In this document: in pieces, positions 36,001 to 48,000 of the stretch
Layout of the letters: each line of letters opens with the position of its first letter
Position numbering within the stretch: position 1 is the first letter of the stretch
Source: Naegleria gruberi
Taxonomy: Eukaryota
Length of the DNA stretch: 64,000 nt
Assembly (NCBI GenBank): GCA_000004985.1
Contig: GG738932.1
Reading direction: 5' to 3' (one strand)
Translations under genes and position numbers: made by a program
Notes under the pieces: generated by a model
The model's input: the letters and a program-made list of their open reading frames with translations, nothing else
Database searches by the model: none
What the model was told of the DNA's origin: nothing

Positions 36001-39000
36001 NNNNNNNNNNNNNNNNNNNNNNNNNNNNNNNNNNNNNNNNNNNNNNNNNNNNNNNNNNNNNNNNNNNNNNNNNNNNNNNNNNNNNNNNNNNNNNNNNNNN
36101 NNNNNNNNNNNNNNNNNNNNNNNNNNNNNNNNNNNNNNNNNNNNNNNNNNNNNNNNNNNNNNNNNNNNNNNNNNNNNNNNNNNNNNNNNNNNNNNNNNNN
36201 NNNNNNNNNNNNNNNNNNNNNNNNNNNNNNNNNNNNNNNNNNNNNNNNNNNNNNNNNNNNNNNNNNNNNNNNNNNNNNNNNNNNNNNNNNNNNNNNNNNN
36301 NNNNNNNNNNNNNNNNNNNNNNNNNNNNNNNNNNNNNNNNNNNNNNNNNNNNNNNNNNNNNNNNNNNNNNNNNNNNNNNNNNNNNNNNNNNNNNNNNNNN
36401 NNNNNNNNNNNNNNNNNNNNNNNNNNNNNNNNNNNNNNNNNNNNNNNNNNNNNNNNNNNNNNNNNNNNNNNNNNNNNNNNNNNNNNNNNNNNNNNNNNNN
36501 NNNNNNNNNNNNNNNNNNNNNNNNNNNNNNNNNNNNNNNNNNNNNNNNNNNNNNNNNNNNNNNNNNNNNNNNNNNNNNNNNNNNNNNNNNNNNNNNNNNN
36601 NNNNNNNNNNNNNNNNNNNNNNNNNNNNNNNNNNNNNNNNNNNNNNNNNNNNNNNNNNNNNNNNNNNNNNNNNNNNNNNNNNNNNNNNNNNNNNNNNNNN
36701 NNNNNNNNNNNNNNNNNNNNNNNNNNNNNNNNNNNNNNNNNNNNNNNNNNNNNNNNNNNNNNNNNNNNNNNNNNNNNNNNNNNNNNNNNNNNNNNNNNNN
36801 NNNNNNNNNNNNNNNNNNNNNNNNNNNNNNNNNNNNNNNNNNNNNNNNNNNNNNNNNNNNNNNNNNNNNNNNNNNNNNNNNNNNNNNNNNNNNNNNNNNN
36901 NNNNNNNNNNNNNNNNNNNNNNNNNNNNNNNNNNNNNNNNNNNNNNNNNNNNNNNNNNNNNNNNNNNNNNNNNNNNNNNNNNNNNNNNNNNNNNNNNNNN
37001 NNNNNNNNNNNNNNNNNNNNNNNNNNNNNNNNNNNNNNNNNNNNNNNNNNNNNNNNNNNNNNNNNNNNNNNNNNNNNNNNNNNNNNNNNNNNNNNNNNNN
37101 NNNNNNNNNNNNNNNNNNNNNNNNNNNNNNNNNNNNNNNNNNNNNNNNNNNNNNNNNNNNNNNNNNNNNNNNNNNNNNNNNNNNNNNNNNNNNNNNNNNN
37201 NNNNNNNNNNNNNNNNNNNNNNNNNNNNNNNNNNNNNNNNNNNNNNNNNNNNNNNNNNNNNNNNNNNNNNNNNNNNNNNNNNNNNNNNNNNNNNNNNNNN
37301 NNNNNNNNNNNNNNNNNNNNNNNNNNNNNNNNNNNNNNNNNNNNNNNNNNNNNNNNNNNNNNNNNNNNNNNNNNNNNNNNNNNNNNNNNNNNNNNNNNNN
37401 NNNNNNNNNNNNNNNNNNNNNNNNNNNNNNNNNNNNNNNNNNNNNNNNNNNNNNNNNNNNNNNNNNNNNNNNNNNNNNNNNNNNNNNNNNNNNNNNNNNN
37501 NNNNNNNNNNNNNNNNNNNNNNNNNNNNNNNNNNNNNNNNNNNNNNNNNNNNNNNNNNNNNNNNNNNNNNNNNNNNNNNNNNNNNNNNNNNNNNNNNNNN
37601 NNNNNNNNNNNNNNNNNNNNNNNNNNNNNNNNNNNNNNNNNNNNNNNNNNNNNNNNNNNNNNNNNNNNNNNNNNNNNNNNNNNNNNNNNNNNNNNNNNNN
37701 NNNNNNNNNNNNNNNNNNNNNNNNNNNNNNNNNNNNNNNNNNNNNNNNNNNNNNNNNNNNNNNNNNNNNNNNNNNNNNNNNNNNNNNNNNNNNNNNNNNN
37801 NNNNNNNNNNNNNNNNNNNNNNNNNNNNNNNNNNNNNNNNNNNNNNNNNNNNNNNNNNNNNNNNNNNNNNNNNNNNNNNNNNNNNNNNNNNNNNNNNNNN
37901 NNNNNNNNNNNNNNNNNNNNNNNNNNNNNNNNNNNNNNNNNNNNNNNNNNNNNNNNNNNNNNNNNNNNNNNNNNNNNNNNNNNNNNNNNNNNNNNNNNNN
38001 NNNNNNNNNNNNNNNNNNNNNNNNNNNNNNNNNNNNNNNNNNNNNNNNNNNNNNNNNNNNNNNNNNNNNNNNNNNNNNNNNNNNNNNNNNNNNNNNNNNN
38101 NNNNNNNNNNNNNNNNNNNNNNNNNNNNNNNNNNNNNNNNNNNNNNNNNNNNNNNNNNNNNNNNNNNNNNNNNNNNNNNNNNNNNNNNNNNNNNNNNNNN
38201 NNNNNNNNNNNNNNNNNNNNNNNNNNNNNNNNNNNNNNNNNNNNNNNNNNNNNNNNNNNNNNNNNNNNNNNNNNNNNNNNNNNNNNNNNNNNNNNNNNNN
38301 NNNNNNNNNNNNNNNNNNNNNNNNNNNNNNNNNNNNNNNNNNNNNNNNNNNNNNNNNNNNNNNNNNNNNNNNNNNNNNNNNNNNNNNNNNNNNNNNNNNN
38401 NNNNNNNNNNNNNNNNNNNNNNNNNNNNNNNNNNNNNNNNNNNNNNNNNNNNNNNNNNNNNNNNNNNNNNNNNNNNNNNNNNNNNNNNNNNNNNNNNNNN
38501 NNNNNNNNNNNNNNNNNNNNNNNNNNNNNNNNNNNNNNNNNNNNNNNNNNNNNNNNNNNNNNNNNNNNNNNNNNNNNNNNNNNNNNNNNNNNNNNNNNNN
38601 NNNNNNNNNNNNNNNNNNNNNNNNNNNNNNNNNNNNNNNNNNNNNNNNNNNNNNNNNNNNNNNNNNNNNNNNNNNNNNNNNNNNNNNNNNNNNNNNNNNN
38701 NNNNNNNNNNNNNNNNNNNNNNNNNNNNNNNNNNNNNNNNNNNNNNNNNNNNNNNNNNNNNNNNNNNNNNNNNNNNNNNNNNNNNNNNNNNNNNNNNNNN
38801 NNNNNNNNNNNNNNNNNNNNNNNNNNNNNNNNNNNNNNNNNNNNNNNNNNNNNNNNNNNNNNNNNNNNNNNNNNNNNNNNNNNNNNNNNNNNNNNNNNNN
38901 NNNNNNNNNNNNNNNNNNNNNNNNNNNNNNNNNNNNNNNNNNNNNNNNNNNNNNNNNNNNNNNNNNNNNNNNNNNNNNNNNNNNNNNNNNNNNNNNNNNN

Positions 39001-42000
39001 NNNNNNNNNNNNNNNNNNNNNNNNNNNNNNNNNNNNNNNNNNNNNNNNNNNNNNNNNNNNNNNNNNNNNNNNNNNNNNNNNNNNNNNNNNNNNNNNNNNN
39101 NNNNNNNNNNNNNNNNNNNNNNNNNNNNNNNNNNNNNNNNNNNNNNNNNNNNNNNNNNNNNNNNNNNNNNNNNNNNNNNNNNNNNNNNNNNNNNNNNNNN
39201 NNNNNNNNNNNNNNNNNNNNNNNNNNNNNNNNNNNNNNNNNNNNNNNNNNNNNNNNNNNNNNNNNNNNNNNNNNNNNNNNNNNNNNNNNNNNNNNNNNNN
39301 NNNNNNNNNNNNNNNNNNNNNNNNNNNNNNNNNNNNNNNNNNNNNNNNNNNNNNNNNNNNNNNNNNNNNNNNNNNNNNNNNNNNNNNNNNNNNNNNNNNN
39401 NNNNNNNNNNNNNNNNNNNNNNNNNNNNNNNNNNNNNNNNNNNNNNNNNNNNNNNNNNNNNNNNNNNNNNNNNNNNNNNNNNNNNNNNNNNNNNNNNNNN
39501 NNNNNNNNNNNNNNNNNNNNNNNNNNNNNNNNNNNNNNNNNNNNNNNNNNNNNNNNNNNNNNNNNNNNNNNNNNNNNNNNNNNNNNNNNNNNNNNNNNNN
39601 NNNNNNNNNNNNNNNNNNNNNNNNNNNNNNNNNNNNNNNNNNNNNNNNNNNNNNNNNNNNNNNNNNNNNNNNNNNNNNNNNNNNNNNNNNNNNNNNNNNN
39701 NNNNNNNNNNNNNNNNNNNNNNNNNNNNNNNNNNNNNNNNNNNNNNNNNNNNNNNNNNNNNNNNNNNNNNNNNNNNNNNNNNNNNNNNNNNNNNNNNNNN
39801 NNNNNNNNNNNNNNNNNNNNNNNNNNNNNNNNNNNNNNNNNNNNNNNNNNNNNNNNNNNNNNNNNNNNNNNNNNNNNNNNNNNNNNNNNNNNNNNNNNNN
39901 NNNNNNNNNNNNNNNNNNNNNNNNNNNNNNNNNNNNNNNNNNNNNNNNNNNNNNNNNNNNNNNNNNNNNNNNNNNNNNNNNNNNNNNNNNNNNNNNNNNN
40001 NNNNNNNNNNNNNNNNNNNNNNNNNNNNNNNNNNNNNNNNNNNNNNNNNNNNNNNNNNNNNNNNNNNNNNNNNNNNNNNNNNNNNNNNNNNNNNNNNNNN
40101 NNNNNNNNNNNNNNNNNNNNNNNNNNNNNNNNNNNNNNNNNNNNNNNNNNNNNNNNNNNNNNNNNNNNNNNNNNNNNNNNNNNNNNNNNNNNNNNNNNNN
40201 NNNNNNNNNNNNNNNNNNNNNNNNNNNNNNNNNNNNNNNNNNNNNNNNNNNNNNNNNNNNNNNNNNNNNNNNNNNNNNNNNNNNNNNNNNNNNNNNNNNN
40301 NNNNNNNNNNNNNNNNNNNNNNNNNNNNNNNNNNNNNNNNNNNNNNNNNNNNNNNNNNNNNNNNNNNNNNNNNNNNNNNNNNNNNNNNNNNNNNNNNNNN
40401 NNNNNNNNNNNNNNNNNNNNNNNNNNNNNNNNNNNNNNNNNNNNNNNNNNNNNNNNNNNNNNNNNNNNNNNNNNNNNNNNNNNNNNNNNNNNNNNNNNNN
40501 NNNNNNNNNNNNNNNNNNNNNNNNNNNNNNNNNNNNNNNNNNNNNNNNNNNNNNNNNNNNNNNNNNNNNNNNNNNNNNNNNNNNNNNNNNNNNNNNNNNN
40601 NNNNNNNNNNNNNNNNNNNNNNNNNNNNNNNNNNNNNNNNNNNNNNNNNNNNNNNNNNNNNNNNNNNNNNNNNNNNNNNNNNNNNNNNNNNNNNNNNNNN
40701 NNNNNNNNNNNNNNNNNNNNNNNNNNNNNNNNNNNNNNNNNNNNNNNNNNNNNNNNNNNNNNNNNNNNNNNNNNNNNNNNNNNNNNNNNNNNNNNNNNNN
40801 NNNNNNNNNNNNNNNNNNNNNNNNNNNNNNNNNNNNNNNNNNNNNNNNNNNNNNNNNNNNNNNNNNNNNNNNNNNNNNNNNNNNNNNNNNNNNNNNNNNN
40901 NNNNNNNNNNNNNNNNNNNNNNNNNNNNNNNNNNNNNNNNNNNNNNNNNNNNNNNNNNNNNNNNNNNNNNNNNNNNNNNNNNNNNNNNNNNNNNNNNNNN
41001 NNNNNNNNNNNNNNNNNNNNNNNNNNNNNNNNNNNNNNNNNNNNNNNNNNNNNNNNNNNNNNNNNNNNNNNNNNNNNNNNNNNNNNNNNNNNNNNNNNNN
41101 NNNNNNNNNNNNNNNNNNNNNNNNNNNNNNNNNNNNNNNNNNNNNNNNNNNNNNNNNNNNNNNNNNNNNNNNNNNNNNNNNNNNNNNNNNNNNNNNNNNN
41201 NNNNNNNNNNNNNNNNNNNNNNNNNNNNNNNNNNNNNNNNNNNNNNNNNNNNNNNNNNNNNNNNNNNNNNNNNNNNNNNNNNNNNNNNNNNNNNNNNNNN
41301 NNNNNNNNNNNNNNNNNNNNNNNNNNNNNNNNNNNNNNNNNNNNNNNNNNNNNNNNNNNNNNNNNNNNNNNNNNNNNNNNNNNNNNNNNNNNNNNNNNNN
41401 NNNNNNNNNNNNNNNNNNNNNNNNNNNNNNNNNNNNNNNNNNNNNNNNNNNNNNNNNNNNNNNNNNNNNNNNNNNNNNNNNNNNNNNNNNNNNNNNNNNN
41501 NNNNNNNNNNNNNNNNNNNNNNNNNNNNNNNNNNNNNNNNNNNNNNNNNNNNNNNNNNNNNNNNNNNNNNNNNNNNNNNNNNNNNNNNNNNNNNNNNNNN
41601 NNNNNNNNNNNNNNNNNNNNNNNNNNNNNNNNNNNNNNNNNNNNNNNNNNNNNNNNNNNNNNNNNNNNNNNNNNNNNNNNNNNNNNNNNNNNNNNNNNNN
41701 NNNNNNNNNNNNNNNNNNNNNNNNNNNNNNNNNNNNNNNNNNNNNNNNNNNNNNNNNNNNNNNNNNNNNNNNNNNNNNNNNNNNNNNNNNNNNNNNNNNN
41801 NNNNNNNNNNNNNNNNNNNNNNNNNNNNNNNNNNNNNNNNNNNNNNNNNNNNNNNNNNNNNNNNNNNNNNNNNNNNNNNNNNNNNNNNNNNNNNNNNNNN
41901 NNNNNNNNNNNNNNNNNNNNNNNNNNNNNNNNNNNNNNNNNNNNNNNNNNNNNNNNNNNNNNNNNNNNNNNNNNNNNNNNNNNNNNNNNNNNNNNNNNNN

Positions 42001-45000
42001 NNNNNNNNNNNNNNNNNNNNNNNNNNNNNNNNNNNNNNNNNNNNNNNNNNNNNNNNNNNNNNNNNNNNNNNNNNNNNNNNNNNNNNNNNNNNNNNNNNNN
42101 NNNNNNNNNNNNNNNNNNNNNNNNNNNNNNNNNNNNNNNNNNNNNNNNNNNNNNNNNNNNNNNNNNNNNNNNNNNNNNNNNNNNNNNNNNNNNNNNNNNN
42201 NNNNNNNNNNNNNNNNNNNNNNNNNNNNNNNNNNNNNNNNNNNNNNNNNNNNNNNNNNNNNNNNNNNNNNNNNNNNNNNNNNNNNNNNNNNNNNNNNNNN
42301 NNNNNNNNNNNNNNNNNNNNNNNNNNNNNNNNNNNNNNNNNNNNNNNNNNNNNNNNNNNNNNNNNNNNNNNNNNNNNNNNNNNNNNNNNNNNNNNNNNNN
42401 NNNNNNNNNNNNNNNNNNNNNNNNNNNNNNNNNNNNNNNNNNNNNNNNNNNNNNNNNNNNNNNNNNNNNNNNNNNNNNNNNNNNNNNNNNNNNNNNNNNN
42501 NNNNNNNNNNNNNNNNNNNNNNNNNNNNNNNNNNNNNNNNNNNNNNNNNNNNNNNNNNNNNNNNNNNNNNNNNNNNNNNNNNNNNNNNNNNNNNNNNNNN
42601 NNNNNNNNNNNNNNNNNNNNNNNNNNNNNNNNNNNNNNNNNNNNNNNNNNNNNNNNNNNNNNNNNNNNNNNNNNNNNNNNNNNNNNNNNNNNNNNNNNNN
42701 NNNNNNNNNNNNNNNNNNNNNNNNNNNNNNNNNNNNNNNNNNNNNNNNNNNNNNNNNNNNNNNNNNNNNNNNNNNNNNNNNNNNNNNNNNNNNNNNNNNN
42801 NNNNNNNNNNNNNNNNNNNNNNNNNNNNNNNNNNNNNNNNNNNNNNNNNNNNNNNNNNNNNNNNNNNNNNNNNNNNNNNNNNNNNNNNNNNNNNNNNNNN
42901 NNNNNNNNNNNNNNNNNNNNNNNNNNNNNNNNNNNNNNNNNNNNNNNNNNNNNNNNNNNNNNNNNNNNNNNNNNNNNNNNNNNNNNNNNNNNNNNNNNNN
43001 NNNNNNNNNNNNNNNNNNNNNNNNNNNNNNNNNNNNNNNNNNNNNNNNNNNNNNNNNNNNNNNNNNNNNNNNNNNNNNNNNNNNNNNNNNNNNNNNNNNN
43101 NNNNNNNNNNNNNNNNNNNNNNNNNNNNNNNNNNNNNNNNNNNNNNNNNNNNNNNNNNNNNNNNNNNNNNNNNNNNNNNNNNNNNNNNNNNNNNNNNNNN
43201 NNNNNNNNNNNNNNNNNNNNNNNNNNNNNNNNNNNNNNNNNNNNNNNNNNNNNNNNNNNNNNNNNNNNNNNNNNNNNNNNNNNNNNNNNNNNNNNNNNNN
43301 NNNNNNNNNNNNNNNNNNNNNNNNNNNNNNNNNNNNNNNNNNNNNNNNNNNNNNNNNNNNNNNNNNNNNNNNNNNNNNNNNNNNNNNNNNNNNNNNNNNN
43401 NNNNNNNNNNNNNNNNNNNNNNNNNNNNNNNNNNNNNNNNNNNNNNNNNNNNNNNNNNNNNNNNNNNNNNNNNNNNNNNNNNNNNNNNNNNNNNNNNNNN
43501 NNNNNNNNNNNNNNNNNNNNNNNNNNNNNNNNNNNNNNNNNNNNNNNNNNNNNNNNNNNNNNNNNNNNNNNNNNNNNNNNNNNNNNNNNNNNNNNNNNNN
43601 NNNNNNNNNNNNNNNNNNNNNNNNNNNNNNNNNNNNNNNNNNNNNNNNNNNNNNNNNNNNNNNNNNNNNNNNNNNNNNNNNNNNNNNNNNNNNNNNNNNN
43701 NNNNNNNNNNNNNNNNNNNNNNNNNNNNNNNNNNNNNNNNNNNNNNNNNNNNNNNNNNNNNNNNNNNNNNNNNNNNNNNNNNNNNNNNNNNNNNNNNNNN
43801 NNNNNNNNNNNNNNNNNNNNNNNNNNNNNNNNNNNNNNNNNNNNNNNNNNNNNNNNNNNNNNNNNNNNNNNNNNNNNNNNNNNNNNNNNNNNNNNNNNNN
43901 NNNNNNNNNNNNNNNNNNNNNNNNNNNNNNNNNNNNNNNNNNNNNNNNNNNNNNNNNNNNNNNNNNNNNNNNNNNNNNNNNNNNNNNNNNNNNNNNNNNN
44001 NNNNNNNNNNNNNNNNNNNNNNNNNNNNNNNNNNNNNNNNNNNNNNNNNNNNNNNNNNNNNNNNNNNNNNNNNNNNNNNNNNNNNNNNNNNNNNNNNNNN
44101 NNNNNNNNNNNNNNNNNNNNNNNNNNNNNNNNNNNNNNNNNNNNNNNNNNNNNNNNNNNNNNNNNNNNNNNNNNNNNNNNNNNNNNNNNNNNNNNNNNNN
44201 NNNNNNNNNNNNNNNNNNNNNNNNNNNNNNNNNNNNNNNNNNNNNNNNNNNNNNNNNNNNNNNNNNNNNNNNNNNNNNNNNNNNNNNNNNNNNNNNNNNN
44301 NNNNNNNNNNNNNNNNNNNNNNNNNNNNNNNNNNNNNNNNNNNNNNNNNNNNNNNNNNNNNNNNNNNNNNNNNNNNNNNNNNNNNNNNNNNNNNNNNNNN
44401 NNNNNNNNNNNNNNNNNNNNNNNNNNNNNNNNNNNNNNNNNNNNNNNNNNNNNNNNNNNNNNNNNNNNNNNNNNNNNNNNNNNNNNNNNNNNNNNNNNNN
44501 NNNNNNNNNNNNNNNNNNNNNNNNNNNNNNNNNNNNNNNNNNNNNNNNNNNNNNNNNNNNNNNNNNNNNNNNNNNNNNNNNNNNNNNNNNNNNNNNNNNN
44601 NNNNNNNNNNNNNNNNNNNNNNNNNNNNNNNNNNNNNNNNNNNNNNNNNNNNNNNNNNNNNNNNNNNNNNNNNNNNNNNNNNNNNNNNNNNNNNNNNNNN
44701 NNNNNNNNNNNNNNNNNNNNNNNNNNNNNNNNNNNNNNNNNNNNNNNNNNNNNNNNNNNNNNNNNNNNNNNNNNNNNNNNNNNNNNNNNNNNNNNNNNNN
44801 NNNNNNNNNNNNNNNNNNNNNNNNNNNNNNNNNNNNNNNNNNNNNNNNNNNNNNNNNNNNNNNNNNNNNNNNNNNNNNNNNNNNNNNNNNNNNNNNNNNN
44901 NNNNNNNNNNNNNNNNNNNNNNNNNNNNNNNNNNNNNNNNNNNNNNNNNNNNNNNNNNNNNNNNNNNNNNNNNNNNNNNNNNNNNNNNNNNNNNNNNNNN

Positions 45001-48000
45001 NNNNNNNNNNNNNNNNNNNNNNNNNNNNNNNNNNNNNNNNNNNNNNNNNNNNNNNNNNNNNNNNNNNNNNNNNNNNNNNNNNNNNNNNNNNNNNNNNNNN
45101 NNNNNNNNNNNNNNNNNNNNNNNNNNNNNNNNNNNNNNNNNNNNNNNNNNNNNNNNNNNNNNNNNNNNNNNNNNNNNNNNNNNNNNNNNNNNNNNNNNNN
45201 NNNNNNNNNNNNNNNNNNNNNNNNNNNNNNNNNNNNNNNNNNNNNNNNNNNNNNNNNNNNNNNNNNNNNNNNNNNNNNNNNNNNNNNNNNNNNNNNNNNN
45301 NNNNNNNNNNNNNNNNNNNNNNNNNNNNNNNNNNNNNNNNNNNNNNNNNNNNNNNNNNNNNNNNNNNNNNNNNNNNNNNNNNNNNNNNNNNNNNNNNNNN
45401 NNNNNNNNNNNNNNNNNNNNNNNNNNNNNNNNNNNNNNNNNNNNNNNNNNNNNNNNNNNNNNNNNNNNNNNNNNNNNNNNNNNNNNNNNNNNNNNNNNNN
45501 NNNNNNNNNNNNNNNNNNNNNNNNNNNNNNNNNNNNNNNNNNNNNNNNNNNNNNNNNNNNNNNNNNNNNNNNNNNNNNNNNNNNNNNNNNNNNNNNNNNN
45601 NNNNNNNNNNNNNNNNNNNNNNNNNNNNNNNNNNNNNNNNNNNNNNNNNNNNNNNNNNNNNNNNNNNNNNNNNNNNNNNNNNNNNNNNNNNNNNNNNNNN
45701 NNNNNNNNNNNNNNNNNNNNNNNNNNNNNNNNNNNNNNNNNNNNNNNNNNNNNNNNNNNNNNNNNNNNNNNNNNNNNNNNNNNNNNNNNNNNNNNNNNNN
45801 NNNNNNNNNNNNNNNNNNNNNNNNNNNNNNNNNNNNNNNNNNNNNNNNNNNNNNNNNNNNNNNNNNNNNNNNNNNNNNNNNNNNNNNNNNNNNNNNNNNN
45901 NNNNNNNNNNNNNNNNNNNNNNNNNNNNNNNNNNNNNNNNNNNNNNNNNNNNNNNNNNNNNNNNNNNNNNNNNNNNNNNNNNNNNNNNNNNNNNNNNNNN
46001 NNNNNNNNNNNNNNNNNNNNNNNNNNNNNNNNNNNNNNNNNNNNNNNNNNNNNNNNNNNNNNNNNNNNNNNNNNNNNNNNNNNNNNNNNNNNNNNNNNNN
46101 NNNNNNNNNNNNNNNNNNNNNNNNNNNNNNNNNNNNNNNNNNNNNNNNNNNNNNNNNNNNNNNNNNNNNNNNNNNNNNNNNNNNNNNNNNNNNNNNNNNN
46201 NNNNNNNNNNNNNNNNNNNNNNNNNNNNNNNNNNNNNNNNNNNNNNNNNNNNNNNNNNNNNNNNNNNNNNNNNNNNNNNNNNNNNNNNNNNNNNNNNNNN
46301 NNNNNNNNNNNNNNNNNNNNNNNNNNNNNNNNNNNNNNNNNNNNNNNNNNNNNNNNNNNNNNNNNNNNNNNNNNNNNNNNNNNNNNNNNNNNNNNNNNNN
46401 NNNNNNNNNNNNNNNNNNNNNNNNNNNNNNNNNNNNNNNNNNNNNNNNNNNNNNNNNNNNNNNNNNNNNNNNNNNNNNNNNNNNNNNNNNNNNNNNNNNN
46501 NNNNNNNNNNNNNNNNNNNNNNNNNNNNNNNNNNNNNNNNNNNNNNNNNNNNNNNNNNNNNNNNNNNNNNNNNNNNNNNNNNNNNNNNNNNNNNNNNNNN
46601 NNNNNNNNNNNNNNNNNNNNNNNNNNNNNNNNNNNNNNNNNNNNNNNNNNNNNNNNNNNNNNNNNNNNNNNNNNNNNNNNNNNNNNNNNNNNNNNNNNNN
46701 NNNNNNNNNNNNNNNNNNNNNNNNNNNNNNNNNNNNNNNNNNNNNNNNNNNNNNNNNNNNNNNNNNNNNNNNNNNNNNNNNNNNNNNNNNNNNNNNNNNN
46801 NNNNNNNNNNNNNNNNNNNNNNNNNNNNNNNNNNNNNNNNNNNNNNNNNNNNNNNNNNNNNNNNNNNNNNNNNNNNNNNNNNNNNNNNNNNNNNNNNNNN
46901 NNNNNNNNNNNNNNNNNNNNNNNNNNNNNNNNNNNNNNNNNNNNNNNNNNNNNNNNNNNNNNNNNNNNNNNNNNNNNNNNNNNNNNNNNNNNNNNNNNNN
47001 NNNNNNNNNNNNNNNNNNNNNNNNNNNNNNNNNNNNNNNNNNNNNNNNNNNNNNNNNNNNNNNNNNNNNNNNNNNNNNNNNNNNNNNNNNNNNNNNNNNN
47101 NNNNNNNNNNNNNNNNNNNNNNNNNNNNNNNNNNNNNNNNNNNNNNNNNNNNNNNNNNNNNNNNNNNNNNNNNNNNNNNNNNNNNNNNNNNNNNNNNNNN
47201 NNNNNNNNNNNNNNNNNNNNNNNNNNNNNNNNNNNNNNNNNNNNNNNNNNNNNNNNNNNNNNNNNNNNNNNNNNNNNNNNNNNNNNNNNNNNNNNNNNNN
47301 NNNNNNNNNNNNNNNNNNNNNNNNNNNNNNNNNNNNNNNNNNNNNNNNNNNNNNNNNNNNNNNNNNNNNNNNNNNNNNNNNNNNNNNNNNNNNNNNNNNN
47401 NNNNNNNNNNNNNNNNNNNNNNNNNNNNNNNNNNNNNNNNNNNNNNNNNNNNNNNNNNNNNNNNNNNNNNNNNNNNNNNNNNNNNNNNNNNNNNNNNNNN
47501 NNNNNNNNNNNNNNNNNNNNNNNNNNNNNNNNNNNNNNNNNNNNNNNNNNNNNNNNNNNNNNNNNNNNNNNNNNNNNNNNNNNNNNNNNNNNNNNNNNNN
47601 NNNNNNNNNNNNNNNNNNNNNNNNNNNNNNNNNNNNNNNNNNNNNNNNNNNNNNNNNNNNNNNNNNNNNNNNNNNNNNNNNNNNNNNNNNNNNNNNNNNN
47701 NNNNNNNNNNNNNNNNNNNNNNNNNNNNNNNNNNNNNNNNNNNNNNNNNNNNNNNNNNNNNNNNNNNNNNNNNNNNNNNNNNNNNNNNNNNNNNNNNNNN
47801 NNNNNNNNNNNNNNNNNNNNNNNNNNNNNNNNNNNNNNNNNNNNNNNNNNNNNNNNNNNNNNNNNNNNNNNNNNNNNNNNNNNNNNNNNNNNNNNNNNNN
47901 NNNNNNNNNNNNNNNNNNNNNNNNNNNNNNNNNNNNNNNNNNNNNNNNNNNNNNNNNNNNNNNNNNNNNNNNNNNNNNNNNNNNNNNNNNNNNNNNNNNN